Part shown: positions 17,605 through 27,498 of the stretch, in pieces | Numbering within the stretch: position 1 is the first letter of the stretch | Layout of the letters: the number at the start of each line of letters is the position of its first letter | Virus record (IMG/VR): IMGVR_UViG_3300030332_001481 | Coordinates: 67,486-131,485 of that record | Length of the DNA stretch: 64,000 bases | DNA from: a virus | Taxonomy: Duplodnaviria > Heunggongvirae > Uroviricota > Caudoviricetes | Strand: one strand, 5' to 3' | Made by a program: the position numbers and the translations under genes | Notes under the pieces: generated by a model | What the model saw: the letters and a program-made list of their open reading frames with translations, nothing else | Database searches by the model: none | What the model was told of the DNA's origin: nothing

Positions 17605-17676
17605 CAGGCCACCGAGGAATCGAACCCCGCAGACGGTCGGATTTGGAGTCCAACCCGGTTACCCAGACCGTGACCT
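17605..17676 (-). tRNA. tRNA-Trp (anticodon CCA); atypical D arm and 7-nt variable loop
   Basis: A1-U72, anticodon loop CTCCAAA. Confidence 0.55.
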
Positions 17677-17680
17677 ATGA

Positions 17681-17751
17681 TGGAGGCGGTAGGAATCGAA
17701 CCGTACTACCCTACTGGATACCATCCAGTGCTCGCCTTGAGCTTCACCTCC
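17681..17751 (-). tRNA. tRNA-like gene; anticodon uncertain (possibly GGT); irregular T region
   Basis: Acceptor GGAGGTG/CGCCTCC, GGTTCGATTCC T-loop signature, hairpin ACTGG-ATGGTAT-CCAGT. Confidence 0.35.
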
Positions 17752-17755
17752 ATAG

Positions 17756-17831
17756 CTGGCCCCCTGGGACTCGAACCCAGAACCCTTCCGTTAACAGCGG
17801 AATGCTCTAACCAAAATTGAGCTAGGGACCA
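17756..17831 (-). tRNA. tRNA-Asn (anticodon GTT)
   Basis: U1-A72, anticodon stem TTCCG/CGGAA with loop CTGTTAA. Confidence 0.7.
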
Positions 17832-17904
17832 ATACTTGGGGAGGATGGTGCCTCCCCTCGGAATCCATATTCAGTTGTCATTGTGTGGGTCTGGGCAGAT
17901 CCCA

Positions 17905-17950
17905 GACCAGAAACGAAAAGAGCCGCCGGGTCCTTCGACCGGGCGGCTCA
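17905..17950 (-). terminator. hairpin plus T-tract (on the minus strand) upstream of the tRNA array; possible terminator, possibly bidirectional
   Basis: GAGCCGCCGGG...CCGGGCGGCTC stem; the minus-strand read continues with CTTTTCGTTT. Confidence 0.4.
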
Positions 17951-18326
17951 TCAAGGTTGACCTGTTATGACCTGGTCAGGTGTTGATGGGACCGCCCTTG
18001 GTACCGAGGTGATTATCGGAGGAGGTGGTAATGGGGCTGCACGCATACGGCATAAACGCACCACGCCACTCGCTTCCGGCCGATTCGGCCTGGAGCAGTG
18101 AGAGCGCCTCGATGCGCTGCGTGTTGGTGACGTTTGCCATGATGTGGGGTAGTATGCGGTGTCTTGTCGCTATGTCAAGCGGGAAGTCGATTTTTCTCGA
18201 TCGTCCTTGACTGGTGTCAGGTAGCTGCTACTCTCGGTTTCCCTTCGCAGCGGCGTATGGGACAGATAACCTGAAAAACGAAAAGTCTAATGCACGTCGA
18301 AATCGACCTGTAAACGAGACGTATAA

Positions 18327-18400
18327 GGAGAGGTGGCCGAGTGGTCGAAGGCGCACGCCTGGAAAGTGTGTGTACCTAACCGGTAATCCCACCCTCTCCG
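18327..18400 (+). tRNA. tRNA-Ser(GGA)-like element lacking a T arm (degenerate or armless tRNA)
   Basis: Acceptor GGAGAGG/CCTCTCC, Ser-type D arm TGGCCGAGTGGTCGAAGGCG, anticodon arm CACGC-CTGGAAA-GTGTG, variable arm TACCTAACCGGTA, then only ATCCCAC before the acceptor. Confidence 0.4.
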
Positions 18401-18434
18401 TTTCGCGACTCAGTACGAATGGTAGGTCCTGCAC

Positions 18435-19058
18435 ATGGAGCACGAGATCAGCATCAGATTCGAAGGTGGGTCGCAGGCCGAGGCACGCGAGCTACTGGCT
18501 GAAGCCCTCAAGCAGCTTGAGGATGACGGGGTAGTAGCTGACTGGGGGATTGCAGCCGTGTTTCCTTGGGATGAGCGCCCTTCCCGGGCTCTCATGTTCG
18601 TCTCGTCGTTCAATGGCGACGTCACGCAGGCCCTCATGAAGCTCAATCTCATCCAAGGGATCGAGCGCCTCCATGTCGTCCCGACTCGGTGGCCTACCAA
18701 GAAAGTAGCTTCTCTTGGAGACGCTCAACTTGGAGACGCTCAACTTGATGACGTTATGAGGTATGTCACCTCAGCCTGTGATGAGGAGCCGGTGAAGACA
18801 ACGGGTGTCTTGGTCGACTGGCTGTACGACCTGCTCATGGGTGGTCGAATCGACCTCATGCAGCGGACGCTCCAAGCTCTGGACGCCGAAGTGCTACCAC
18901 TGCGGGCGCTCACCGGGACACTCTTGGTCACGAGGTCTGCAGCTGAGGATCTAGGATCGGCCAGGCGTGATCTGCTCGCTCAGCTTGAGACTGCCCTGCG
19001 TGTTCGTGAGGGTCTGTCCCCGGAGCGCGTGGCGGAAACCATTGAACGAGTGCGGTGA
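18435..19058 (+). CDS. hypothetical protein; contains a 15-nt tandem duplication
   Basis: 207-aa ORF. Confidence 0.5.
   Translation: MEHEISIRFEGGSQAEARELLAEALKQLEDDGVVADWGIAAVFPWDERPSRALMFVSSFNGDVTQALMKLNLIQGIERLHVVPTRWPTKKVASLGDAQLGDAQLDDVMRYVTSACDEEPVKTTGVLVDWLYDLLMGGRIDLMQRTLQALDAEVLPLRALTGTLLVTRSAAEDLGSARRDLLAQLETALRVREGLSPERVAETIERVR
18714..18743 (+). repeat. 15-nt perfect tandem duplication (TTGGAGACGCTCAAC x2) inside a CDS
   Basis: Encodes LGDAQLGDAQ. Confidence 0.6.
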
Positions 19059-19060
19059 GT

Positions 19061-19110
19061 GAAAACGAAAGGCCGGTGTGACTCCCCCGAGTCACACCGG
19101 CCTTTCTACT
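19061..19110. terminator. bidirectional rho-independent terminator between convergent genes
   Basis: 14-bp stem GGCCGGTGTGACTC/GAGTCACACCGGCC, loop CCCC, A-tract upstream and TTTCT downstream. Confidence 0.7.
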
Positions 19111-19127
19111 ACACCCCCAGAACCGGG

Positions 19128-19358
19128 CTAGGACCGCATCCTGCTCAGCTGGTCCTTGACCCTAAGCTTTTCGCGCTTGAGTGCGGTGAGCCGGACCTGC
19201 TCGGTCGGCGTCAGCCCCGCACGTGCGGTCAGCTCAGAGACCTGCGCGTCGATGTTGGCGTGGCGCTGGGCGAGCCACTCCTTCTGGCGGTACTGCTTGG
19301 TCGTGTTCACGGTCCTCCTACTACGCTGCCTTGTCATGCTTGGTCGGGTCCAGGTCAC
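19128..19358 (-). CDS. hypothetical basic protein
   Basis: 76-aa ORF convergent with the upstream + gene. Confidence 0.45.
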   Translation of the reverse strand: MTWTRPSMTRQRSRRTVNTTKQYRQKEWLAQRHANIDAQVSELTARAGLTPTEQVRLTALKREKLRVKDQLSRMRS

Positions 19359-19596
19359 AGATGAAGGGCTTGCCGTCCCTTACCCTGATCTGCACCAGCT
19401 TGCCGTCGCTCACCTGGATGGTAGGCGACCCTGCGATCTTCCGCAGCACCCGCAAGCTGGCGAGGTAGTCCTTCTCCGCACGCTGCAGGCGCGCTTCGCA
19501 CATCTGCACCAGCTCGTACGCCTCCAGCACCGCCTTCTCCCGGTTGCTGATGGACTCCTTCACCTTGTTGAGCTTGTTCTTGATCTGAGACTCCAT
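19321..19596 (-). CDS. hypothetical coiled-coil protein
   Basis: ORF continuing upstream of the 19128 gene on the minus strand. Confidence 0.45.
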   Translation of the reverse strand: MESQIKNKLNKVKESISNREKAVLEAYELVQMCEARLQRAEKDYLASLRVLRKIAGSPTIQVSDGKLVQIRVRDGKPFICDLDPTKHDKAA

Positions 19597-19992
19597 GGTG
19601 TTTCTCTCCTCTGCGGACTCCACGTGTCCGCTTTCGTTCTTGAGGACACTTGGTCCTCCTTCTACCTATGACCACTGGTCACTGTCGCAATAACTGAACG
19701 TTTGTACTAGGCCCTTCCCGCGTGGCACTCTGACTGACGTTCCGCTGCTGCTCACGTAAGCAGCACCCGTACCACACCTGGGTGTAAGGGTCCCCCTGAT
19801 TTCTCCCTCCTGATGCGGATTATTTCGCGACACTTGGTAATTTCCGTCACAGACATGCTGTCACACCGATGCTGGAGATAGCTCTATCTGTGTCGCCCTC
19901 ACGGTTACTGAACATGTGTCATTGTGCCACGTAGTGGGCCTCCCGTGAACCACTGGACACACTGCTCTTCGTACTTACTATACACCAACGAC

Positions 19993-20277
19993 ATGCGAAA
20001 TTCGACCACAAACCTCTACCTGCAGCCCGGTGAAGCATGCGTTTTCAGCGTGAGGGGTAGCGTCAGGTATGGCAGGGTCACTGAACGTCACGAAGATGAT
20101 AGAGGTCTCTCTATTGCCTATGAAGTCAGTACCCCACACGGGTCTCGCTTCATAGTTTCTTACTCGGAGATCCGCCGAGCCACGCAGCGAGAGCGACCTC
20201 TTCTCTCGTGGTACGAGCATCATGCCCGCTCCCTGTGTAAACCAATGTACGGCGGCCGACTGTCGGACTTTGCCTGA
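19993..20277 (+). CDS. hypothetical protein
   Basis: ATG-initiated part of the tracked ORF. Confidence 0.3.
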   Translation: MRNSTTNLYLQPGEACVFSVRGSVRYGRVTERHEDDRGLSIAYEVSTPHGSRFIVSYSEIRRATQRERPLLSWYEHHARSLCKPMYGGRLSDFA

Positions 20278-20324
20278 CCTCGCCGGCCCATTGTTCCTCA
20301 ACAAATCGGATTACTTAGTCAATC

Positions 20325-20780
20325 ATGGACAACTGGAAGAAGTGGCACGCCACTACCAACTACATCGTCGACATCAGCGAATCTGGCGACATTGTAAAAG
20401 ACACCCGTCTGTGGAACTTTGCTACCTTTACCTCCGAGGGGAAGACGCTGGGTGAGTTCCTCTCCTACCTATACTCACAGCAGCCCGCTGTTCGAGTGCT
20501 GGAGATCGAGGAGTTCGACGTGGTGGATGACGAGTCCATCCCGCGGATCGAACTCGACGGGTGGTGGGAGTACGAGGGAGAGGCCATCGATCCTTTGGTC
20601 GAGGCTCGCGTCTCGGCCCTCGTTGCCCTTCGACGGTACGAGGAGCTGGCGGCTCGGTACACAGAGGAAGAGGTGAAGGAGGCCAGCTCCTTGGCTACGG
20701 ACTTCATCTACGAATGGGAGGCGGACAGTTCCCTCGTCTACGACGTAGCTGACTGGTTGTTCAAGACACGGTGTGCCTGA
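20325..20780 (+). CDS. hypothetical acidic protein
   Basis: 151-aa ORF. Confidence 0.5.
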   Translation: MDNWKKWHATTNYIVDISESGDIVKDTRLWNFATFTSEGKTLGEFLSYLYSQQPAVRVLEIEEFDVVDDESIPRIELDGWWEYEGEAIDPLVEARVSALVALRRYEELAARYTEEEVKEASSLATDFIYEWEADSSLVYDVADWLFKTRCA

Positions 20781-20805
20781 CTTGCTTCTCCTTATCTAGT
20801 AGGGG

Positions 20806-21429
20806 ATGGCAGAGGAACACACAACTGGGGACCACATTAGGGCCAAGGCCACCATCAAGATGTTGGGGGGCCAGGCTTCTAACTTGATCAACGTGATGAA
20901 CTCAGTGATCGAGTTCGTTCACGCCGACTCGAAGGCGAGGTACAGTCCGCTTCGCCTCATGGATCCACTGTTCCGTGCCGTTGCGATGATGAAGATAAGT
21001 GACGCGGACCACTACTTTGGTAAGGGTTTGAGCACGAACAGCATCGTCAACGCCGTCGCCTCCGACCTGAGGCGCAACGCAGGTGGGAGGATCTCCTCCT
21101 CGAAGAACCAGACGGCCGCTGCCCGCCGTCAGCTCGTTGCAGCTCGTGGTTGTATCGAGAGGATCCAGGTGCAGGCTTCCAAAGCCGCGCCGGATAACAA
21201 CCCCTCTGATGCCGGTCAGGGCAACCCCAGTCAGTGGCTGGAGAAGTACATCACCAAGCGCGACGAGGTTCAGTCCTTCTCCCTCAAGGAGCTGAGTAAG
21301 TTCTTCGGGCACTGGGCCAAGTTCGCCGACATCATTGGGTTCGACAGGCAGTCCCGTCGAAACCTGCGTAAGATCAGCAAGCGTCTCCTCACCGCCAACA
21401 AGCGTCTTCGACGCAGCCGCAAGCTGTAG
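20806..21429 (+). CDS. hypothetical protein
   Basis: 207-aa ORF with a basic C-terminus. Confidence 0.5.
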   Translation: MAEEHTTGDHIRAKATIKMLGGQASNLINVMNSVIEFVHADSKARYSPLRLMDPLFRAVAMMKISDADHYFGKGLSTNSIVNAVASDLRRNAGGRISSSKNQTAAARRQLVAARGCIERIQVQASKAAPDNNPSDAGQGNPSQWLEKYITKRDEVQSFSLKELSKFFGHWAKFADIIGFDRQSRRNLRKISKRLLTANKRLRRSRKL

Positions 21430-21446
21430 TCACAGAAAGAATAATC

Positions 21447-21755
21447 ATGTCTGACGAGTCAAAGCCCAAGGGCAACGTTTTCAGTCTCGATGAAGCGCGA
21501 AACCGCGTCAACACTGCAGACGGCAAGTACGTGAAGTTCCCGCTCATCAACGATGACGCCGTGGACTGGATCATGGCCACGGATGAGGGAATGGTTCTGG
21601 TGATGCCTCCCGACTACGACGCCAACGATCCTGATCGTATGCCGGCGTTCGCCATCGACACGGACAGTGCTCGAAGCTTCGCCCTTGCACTCATCGAGGC
21701 GGCAGTGGTAGCGGACACCATCGTAGAATACGGTGAAGATCCAGACTCCGACTAA
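21447..21755 (+). CDS. hypothetical acidic protein
   Basis: 102-aa ORF. Confidence 0.5.
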   Translation: MSDESKPKGNVFSLDEARNRVNTADGKYVKFPLINDDAVDWIMATDEGMVLVMPPDYDANDPDRMPAFAIDTDSARSFALALIEAAVVADTIVEYGEDPDSD

Positions 21756-21797
21756 TCGGTATCAACGTCAACTTATCTGACCCCCATCTGAGTAATC

Positions 21798-22154
21798 ATG
21801 ATCTGCCCAAGCTGCGGCGACTCTCAGGCCTATATCGGCCTGACTCAAGTTCTTTGTCCCAATGACGAGTGCTCTCATTTCGATGAGACACAACTGTCAC
21901 TTTCAGTTGGCGATAACGACGAAGAGGAGCAGCAGCCTTGGGAGGACATGGTCACCCCAGAAGACTGGGATGCTTTCTACGCCGACATAGCGCAGCAGTT
22001 AGATCAGCTGTTTCTGTGGGACACAAGTCCAGATCCAGTTCGGCCTCGGCATAAGTTGAATAATGAGTTGACCGATGATTCGAGTAGTTCTTGTACTGGT
22101 TGTAACTGCCCTATGTGCAGGCGCGTGTTCCCCCGCCACCTCTACCCCTACTGA
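21798..22154 (+). CDS. hypothetical protein with CxxC zinc-ribbon motifs
   Basis: CPSCGD...CPNDEC; CTGCNCPMC. Confidence 0.45.
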   Translation: MICPSCGDSQAYIGLTQVLCPNDECSHFDETQLSLSVGDNDEEEQQPWEDMVTPEDWDAFYADIAQQLDQLFLWDTSPDPVRPRHKLNNELTDDSSSSCTGCNCPMCRRVFPRHLYPY

Positions 22155-22256
22155 GGTGTGCCGACCGAGCCGGTGCCTTCCGGACGAGCAGTGGAACGCT
22201 GACAGCTGTCGCTGTGAGCTGCGCCCCGACGCGCATGATTGAGTGAATGACTAATC

Positions 22257-22514
22257 ATGAGTACGTTAATCAGCCGTGTGCAGAACCTCTGCGTGCAGAT
22301 GCATGGAGAGCTGCACGTGCCCGGGTTCGAGCTTCACCTGTGGCGTGATATCACGGGCAAGGAGTTCTTACCCGGCATGACCTTCACTGACCGGGCCGAC
22401 CTTCTCTACGTTGCTAGAACGGAGAAGCGCTGGGTCATGTGGGAGACGGACAGGTACGTCTACGTCCCCATGGACAAGTGGCGCCAGATCGATAAGGAAC
22501 TAGGGAATGTATAG
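22257..22514 (+). CDS. hypothetical protein
   Basis: 85-aa ORF. Confidence 0.45.
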   Translation: MSTLISRVQNLCVQMHGELHVPGFELHLWRDITGKEFLPGMTFTDRADLLYVARTEKRWVMWETDRYVYVPMDKWRQIDKELGNV

Positions 22515-22590
22515 CCTGCGAGACCGCCGCTTCCACGAGAGCCTGGAAGCTTTGGGATGCCCCACCGAGGAAGAGGCCGACGAGCCTTCC

Positions 22591-23064
22591 TCACCTACAG
22601 AGACGGGAGAGGGCCAGGGCAACCCTGCGGAGCCTGTAAAGCCTTTTAACTCCGGCAGCGGCACGGCGTAGCCGGGCCATACGGAACTTCTTCTTGAGGT
22701 CCAGGGCGTGCTGCACGTCACGTGGAGTCAGCTCGTCGCCCTTGGGCTGCTTGGGGCTGTCCTTCTCGTAGATCGTCTTGAAGACGAAGTGTGGCTTTCC
22801 TCGGGAGTCGATCTCCCAGTTGAAGGCGGCCTTAGCTCCATCGCTGAGGTAGCGCCAGCTCGTCTCCGGCAGGAACTTCACGGCGGTTCCCAGCTGCCGG
22901 TTCATCTGCTCGGCGAAGTCGCGCATGTTCTTCTTTTCGAACTCGCGAGAGGTGGACCGCTGCTTGTGGCGCCTGTCGATGTGGTCGCGCTGCTCCAGGC
23001 GTCGCTCCTGGTCCCACTTCCGCTCTGCGTGCCTCTTGGCCCCACCTGTAGGTAAGTTGTTCAT
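22591..23064 (-). CDS. hypothetical basic protein
   Basis: 157-aa ORF at the downstream end of the minus-strand tail-fibre block. Confidence 0.45.
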   Translation of the reverse strand: MNNLPTGGAKRHAERKWDQERRLEQRDHIDRRHKQRSTSREFEKKNMRDFAEQMNRQLGTAVKFLPETSWRYLSDGAKAAFNWEIDSRGKPHFVFKTIYEKDSPKQPKGDELTPRDVQHALDLKKKFRMARLRRAAAGVKRLYRLRRVALALSRLCR

Positions 23065-23073
23065 TTACTTGCC

Positions 23074-24813
23074 TTAATTCCCACGAATCCATCCGTCGCG
23101 TCCTTGTCGTCCATCCGTGGCAAGGACCGCTGGGATGGCATCACCAGCAGCTGTGAGAAGAGTACCGAAATCTCCTTGCTGCATTACCGTTCCAGTAATG
23201 CCTCCCTTTCGGACCCCAATTTGAGTCCCGGCAGCAAACCCGCTAAACGATGTACCTGTTCGCCTGCAGGAGATCACACCTCCGTTGGTTACTACCATCC
23301 CCCCAGTAGGTGCTGCTGTACTTGTAACTCCCTCAAAAGTAGTACTGGCCACTGACGCGCGACCTGGCTCTGCGTTTTGGCCACTGCCATTGGCTGATAC
23401 CACCAGACAATACCCTGCGTTGGTTTTACGTATCACACAGCGCGCACCAAGGTCTAAGCTGGAACCACCTCGTACCAAAAGACAACTGGCATCTGCTGCA
23501 TTGGTTTCGTTAGTTATGAGTGGAGGTGTTGAAGCAGAGGCGAAAATTCCGTTGATGGAAACATTCGCGAACCCTTTTATTTCGAAGCAATCGGTGCTGG
23601 TGGTTGTTTTGATACGACCCCCTCGCATCCTAAAGTGAGTGCCCTGCACCAAGAAGACGGAGTTGGCGGAGTTGGAGTTTAAGAAACCCTCCCACTGCGT
23701 ACGGACCCCACTTAGAGGATGCGCACCTATCGAAACAAGTCCATACCCGCTCCATGCTTGGAGTTCCGATGCAAGACCCAGGCTCACAGGCAAAGTGCTA
23801 AACTTGGCACTACTATCGGAAAGGCCCAGGGCGACTGACGAGTCGCCCACTTGGAACGCTGAGGAGCTAGGCGGGTTCGCTAAACGACAACCGTAGAAAC
23901 TAACATCTGTGTTACGCAGAGCCAATGCCCCAATAAATAAACCAGGTTCGTGAGAAAAATCTAAGTTCGTAAAGGTAAGCCTATTCTCCCCATAGTTGAC
24001 GGTGTCAGTTACATCTACAACCCCCGATCCTTTGACGTTGAAAAACCCAGCGGTAACAGTAGTATTAAAGCTCTCTGGCATGTTAATTGTAACCGCAGGT
24101 CGTACTATTCGATAGGAATCTCCATCTGCAGGAGCATTGTTGTAGTAGTATGCTGGTGTAATCGTCGTTGTCGTGTTATCGCGTATTTGACGTCGATATC
24201 CCTCTGCATTTCCAGAGGTGAACTCAATGAAGTAATCAATGTACTCATCGACTGCAAGACCCCCTGTTGTTACTACAGCAGCCGCACCTGTACCTGCTTG
24301 TGCCACACCTGTAGCTACCTCAACGAAACCGTCGTCACTTCCTTGCCCCGCTCCATCTCCTATGAACATTAGCGGAGCCTTTAACGTAACTCCCTGTAGA
24401 CTACCAGTTAAGTCATAAGTGCCGTTTCCCAAGTGCACAACTACTGGGTGGTTAATCTGATCTGGGATTAGGTCAAAGACGCGTGCCAGGCTACGTAGCG
24501 GTTGACTTGAGGATTGCCCCTCATTGGTGTCTGATCCTGTGGTAGTCACATAGAGGTCTAAGGGGGCTGAGGTTACACTCAGCCCCCTACCGATAGGTGC
24601 AAACTCAGCACCATCATCAACTAACGTGCTATTTGTCTCCACGCTCCATGAGACTAGACCTCTACCTGCTAACTCAACAAGGGTATCCCGTAGTTCCTCT
24701 ATTTGAGCTACAGTCAGGGTAACCGTCTTTGCTGAACGTCCTCCAAGTTTGCCAATAGATAGCCCAATGCCTAGTGTGGCGCTACCCAAGTTAGTTACTG
24801 TCAGTATAGGCAT
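23074..24813 (-). CDS. tail fibre or receptor-binding-like protein sharing the conserved N-terminal anchor domain
   Basis: N-terminus MPILTVTNL...LTVAQIEEL...LVSWSVE aligns with the N-termini of 24871-26493 and 36241-39726; Gly/Thr/Ser/Asn-rich. Confidence 0.6.
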   Translation of the reverse strand: MPILTVTNLGSATLGIGLSIGKLGGRSAKTVTLTVAQIEELRDTLVELAGRGLVSWSVETNSTLVDDGAEFAPIGRGLSVTSAPLDLYVTTTGSDTNEGQSSSQPLRSLARVFDLIPDQINHPVVVHLGNGTYDLTGSLQGVTLKAPLMFIGDGAGQGSDDGFVEVATGVAQAGTGAAAVVTTGGLAVDEYIDYFIEFTSGNAEGYRRQIRDNTTTTITPAYYYNNAPADGDSYRIVRPAVTINMPESFNTTVTAGFFNVKGSGVVDVTDTVNYGENRLTFTNLDFSHEPGLFIGALALRNTDVSFYGCRLANPPSSSAFQVGDSSVALGLSDSSAKFSTLPVSLGLASELQAWSGYGLVSIGAHPLSGVRTQWEGFLNSNSANSVFLVQGTHFRMRGGRIKTTTSTDCFEIKGFANVSINGIFASASTPPLITNETNAADASCLLVRGGSSLDLGARCVIRKTNAGYCLVVSANGSGQNAEPGRASVASTTFEGVTSTAAPTGGMVVTNGGVISCRRTGTSFSGFAAGTQIGVRKGGITGTVMQQGDFGTLLTAAGDAIPAVLATDGRQGRDGWIRGN

Positions 24814-24870
24814 CGAGGTTTCCTTACTTGAAAATGTTACTTCACATCGTGAATTAAAGTGTGCGTACCG

Positions 24871-26493
24871 TTATACACGGTACACAGCGGACCCATCAGC
24901 TTCTAGGACGTAGTCTCCTACAGTGGTCAAGCTGGAGGCTGGAACCGCTGTAGGAACGGGTCCGATATGGATATCTGCGGTGGTAGTGGTAAAATTTGGT
25001 GTTACTTCTCGTAGGTGAGCCTTTGCCCCATGCTTTAGCTCAATGCCTACATCAGCTGTAACACCTACTTCAACATGAAAGAGCGCTTGGGCCCCTTCGC
25101 CTAAGTATACCCCACTACCATTTTCTGCACGTAGGCTAGTGGCGGTAAGCCGTACTTGACTACCAAAATCTCGGACGGTGATGGCATCACCTGTTAGATG
25201 AGTAATGTGACATGTCAGATCGGGCAGGTATACCTTAGCATTTGCTTCAAATATAGCCCCATTTCTGACCGTCACTCCTTTCTCAAAAATGTTTCCTCCG
25301 CGAAAGTGGACATTAGTCCCCGCTCCATATATGTGAAGTTGAGGAGCAACTAGGCCATAGAAATACATATAACTTGAGTGGTCAATAAATACCTTTCGCT
25401 GCGCATTCAATCCCCATCCAACCCAGTCTTGTCGCCCTCCTCCTAGTCTACGACTAATATTAGAGTATTCCACATATGGTTGTGTTGGATTATCGGTGGT
25501 GGCGCCAAAGATCTGGTCTACTCCTGCAGTGATTGGACCTTGGAATAGTGCTCCAGACGGAGCATCGGCGTTCAGCTCACACCCAAAAAGGCGCACATGG
25601 TGTCCCGCATTTATGTTAAAACTCCCTCCTGCTATCACAAAATTGACCAGGTTTACACCTGGGTATTCCAGATACCTACCTTCAAACCCATAGATGGCCG
25701 AGTAAACCGACTCTCCTGCAGTTATGCGCCACGTTTTTTGCGGAACCAGTTGTGCCATGTCTAATCGAACGGCAGGCTCGATGACACGAAACGCTTGACC
25801 CTGAGCTATGCCTCCACCCTCCCACAGTAGCGCTGGAACAATGTTTTCATCAGTGTGGTACTGAATGGTTCTACGCCAGTTGGCCGAAGGTCCTTCAAGC
25901 ATTTCTATCGTCTTGCCTCGATAGGTGTCGACCCCTAAACCTGCTTCCGAAATCACAGCCACATGACTAGAGCCACTCTGGGCCACCCCCGAGAGGAGCA
26001 GATTGCACCCGTTTCCTAGCGTCCCCCCTGAGTCTGCAACTACGTCTATACTATAGTGGTATACCCTCTGACGGAACTCTGGTGGCTGGTACCCGTTCCC
26101 TCTATGAGGGCCCACATGTATAGTAACAGGATGAGCCACGATGTCAGGTATACGTTTTTCCGCCTCTACCAAGCTTGCCAAAGGTTGAGATCGCGTGCCC
26201 GCATTGCGATCTGCCCCTGTGTGGGCGTTTACCCATAAGGTCAGAGGTCCCTGTGTCTTCGTAGCTAAAGCCTGCGCAGGATGAAACTCTGTTTGCCCTT
26301 CCTCTCCATGCGTGTCAGGCGTCACCTGCCACTCTACGAATCCCTTTAGCTTTAGCTTGTTTAAAGTAGTTTCTACCTGCTCTAACTGGGCTACAGTAAG
26401 GTCTCTTACCAACGACGCACCCGGGTCCAGCGTACCTAGTGAAGACCCAAGCGTGAGGGCACTAGAGGAAGTATTCAAAACTCGAACTAACAT
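24871..26493 (-). CDS. tail fibre or receptor-binding-like protein, N-terminal anchor paralog
   Basis: N-terminus MLVRVLNTS...LTVAQLEQV...FVEWQVT. Confidence 0.6.
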   Translation of the reverse strand: MLVRVLNTSSSALTLGSSLGTLDPGASLVRDLTVAQLEQVETTLNKLKLKGFVEWQVTPDTHGEEGQTEFHPAQALATKTQGPLTLWVNAHTGADRNAGTRSQPLASLVEAEKRIPDIVAHPVTIHVGPHRGNGYQPPEFRQRVYHYSIDVVADSGGTLGNGCNLLLSGVAQSGSSHVAVISEAGLGVDTYRGKTIEMLEGPSANWRRTIQYHTDENIVPALLWEGGGIAQGQAFRVIEPAVRLDMAQLVPQKTWRITAGESVYSAIYGFEGRYLEYPGVNLVNFVIAGGSFNINAGHHVRLFGCELNADAPSGALFQGPITAGVDQIFGATTDNPTQPYVEYSNISRRLGGGRQDWVGWGLNAQRKVFIDHSSYMYFYGLVAPQLHIYGAGTNVHFRGGNIFEKGVTVRNGAIFEANAKVYLPDLTCHITHLTGDAITVRDFGSQVRLTATSLRAENGSGVYLGEGAQALFHVEVGVTADVGIELKHGAKAHLREVTPNFTTTTADIHIGPVPTAVPASSLTTVGDYVLEADGSAVYRV

Positions 26494-26564
26494 CCGCCTT
26501 CTTTCTATACTTTAGTGTAATGCTCATCCATGGTAGGCTACTTACCCTGTAAAACAAGGTCAAC

Positions 26565-26840
26565 ATGACTGATGAATCACATTTGTACGACGACTTCGGA
26601 GCCCCGGTTTCAACCCTGGACAGACTAGGGGAAGAGCGGACCGGGGAGGAACGGATCGAGGATTGGGGCCCTGGCTTTAGGGCCAAGATATGGAAACTCC
26701 TCGCCGAGTTCTCAGATGCCTACGAGCTTCATCGTAACGATGATGCGGCCAAACTAGAGACCCTCCTGGCAGAGACAGAGGCCAAAGTGTTGGAGTTGGA
26801 CCTAGAGTTAGAAGCCAAGGTGGCTGAGCTTGAAGACTAA
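26565..26840 (+). CDS. hypothetical acidic coiled-coil protein (MTDE N-terminus)
   Basis: 91-aa ORF. Confidence 0.45.
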   Translation: MTDESHLYDDFGAPVSTLDRLGEERTGEERIEDWGPGFRAKIWKLLAEFSDAYELHRNDDAAKLETLLAETEAKVLELDLELEAKVAELED

Positions 26841-26893
26841 AGATGGATACTAGGTCGGTAAACTAGAAATTAAGACATGTCAGAGCTTTCGCC

Positions 26894-27355
26894 TCAGGCG
26901 AAAGCCAAAATGCGGTAGGAAGCACCGTTAGTCACAGTTACTACCACGCTTGTAGTAGTATGAGTGCCTTCAGTGATGGTCGGGAACTGTGTTCCCGACC
27001 CACCTACACCGTCATGACCATCAGTGGGGATAACCATGACTACAGAAGGTACAACTCCAAGGCCATGGGCTGTGCTCTGGGCTGTGCCGTCTGCTGCAAC
27101 GTCAGCCGATGCGAACATCTGTAGCTGTGCCGCACCTACATTTGCCTCAAGGGTGTCTGGGACAAGGGGGTCCTCAGACATGAGGACAGAGATTGTGCCG
27201 GCTTCAACCGCCGCGACGAAAGCCGCCGACTGCTCCATCTCATCAGTGGAAATCCCGTCAAATGTAGCAGACTGACCAGCCCTTACGAAGTCCGCGATGG
27301 GGCTTGGTACAAAGTACTGGCTCGTCTGATTGTTGGTAATGGTTACTCTGGCCAT
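26894..27355 (-). CDS. hypothetical protein
   Basis: 153-aa ORF on the minus strand. Confidence 0.45.
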   Translation of the reverse strand: MARVTITNNQTSQYFVPSPIADFVRAGQSATFDGISTDEMEQSAAFVAAVEAGTISVLMSEDPLVPDTLEANVGAAQLQMFASADVAADGTAQSTAHGLGVVPSVVMVIPTDGHDGVGGSGTQFPTITEGTHTTTSVVVTVTNGASYRILAFA

Positions 27356-27498
27356 TTTTCATTTCTCCGTCTAAGGATAGGAACTTCCACTTGGGATAGG
27401 ACCAACCTACCCAGTGGAAGAATATCGGATCAAGTAGAGCTTGCTCCTAAATAACCCCCAGATAAGAGGAAAGGCACCCGTGCAACAAAGGAATCTAA

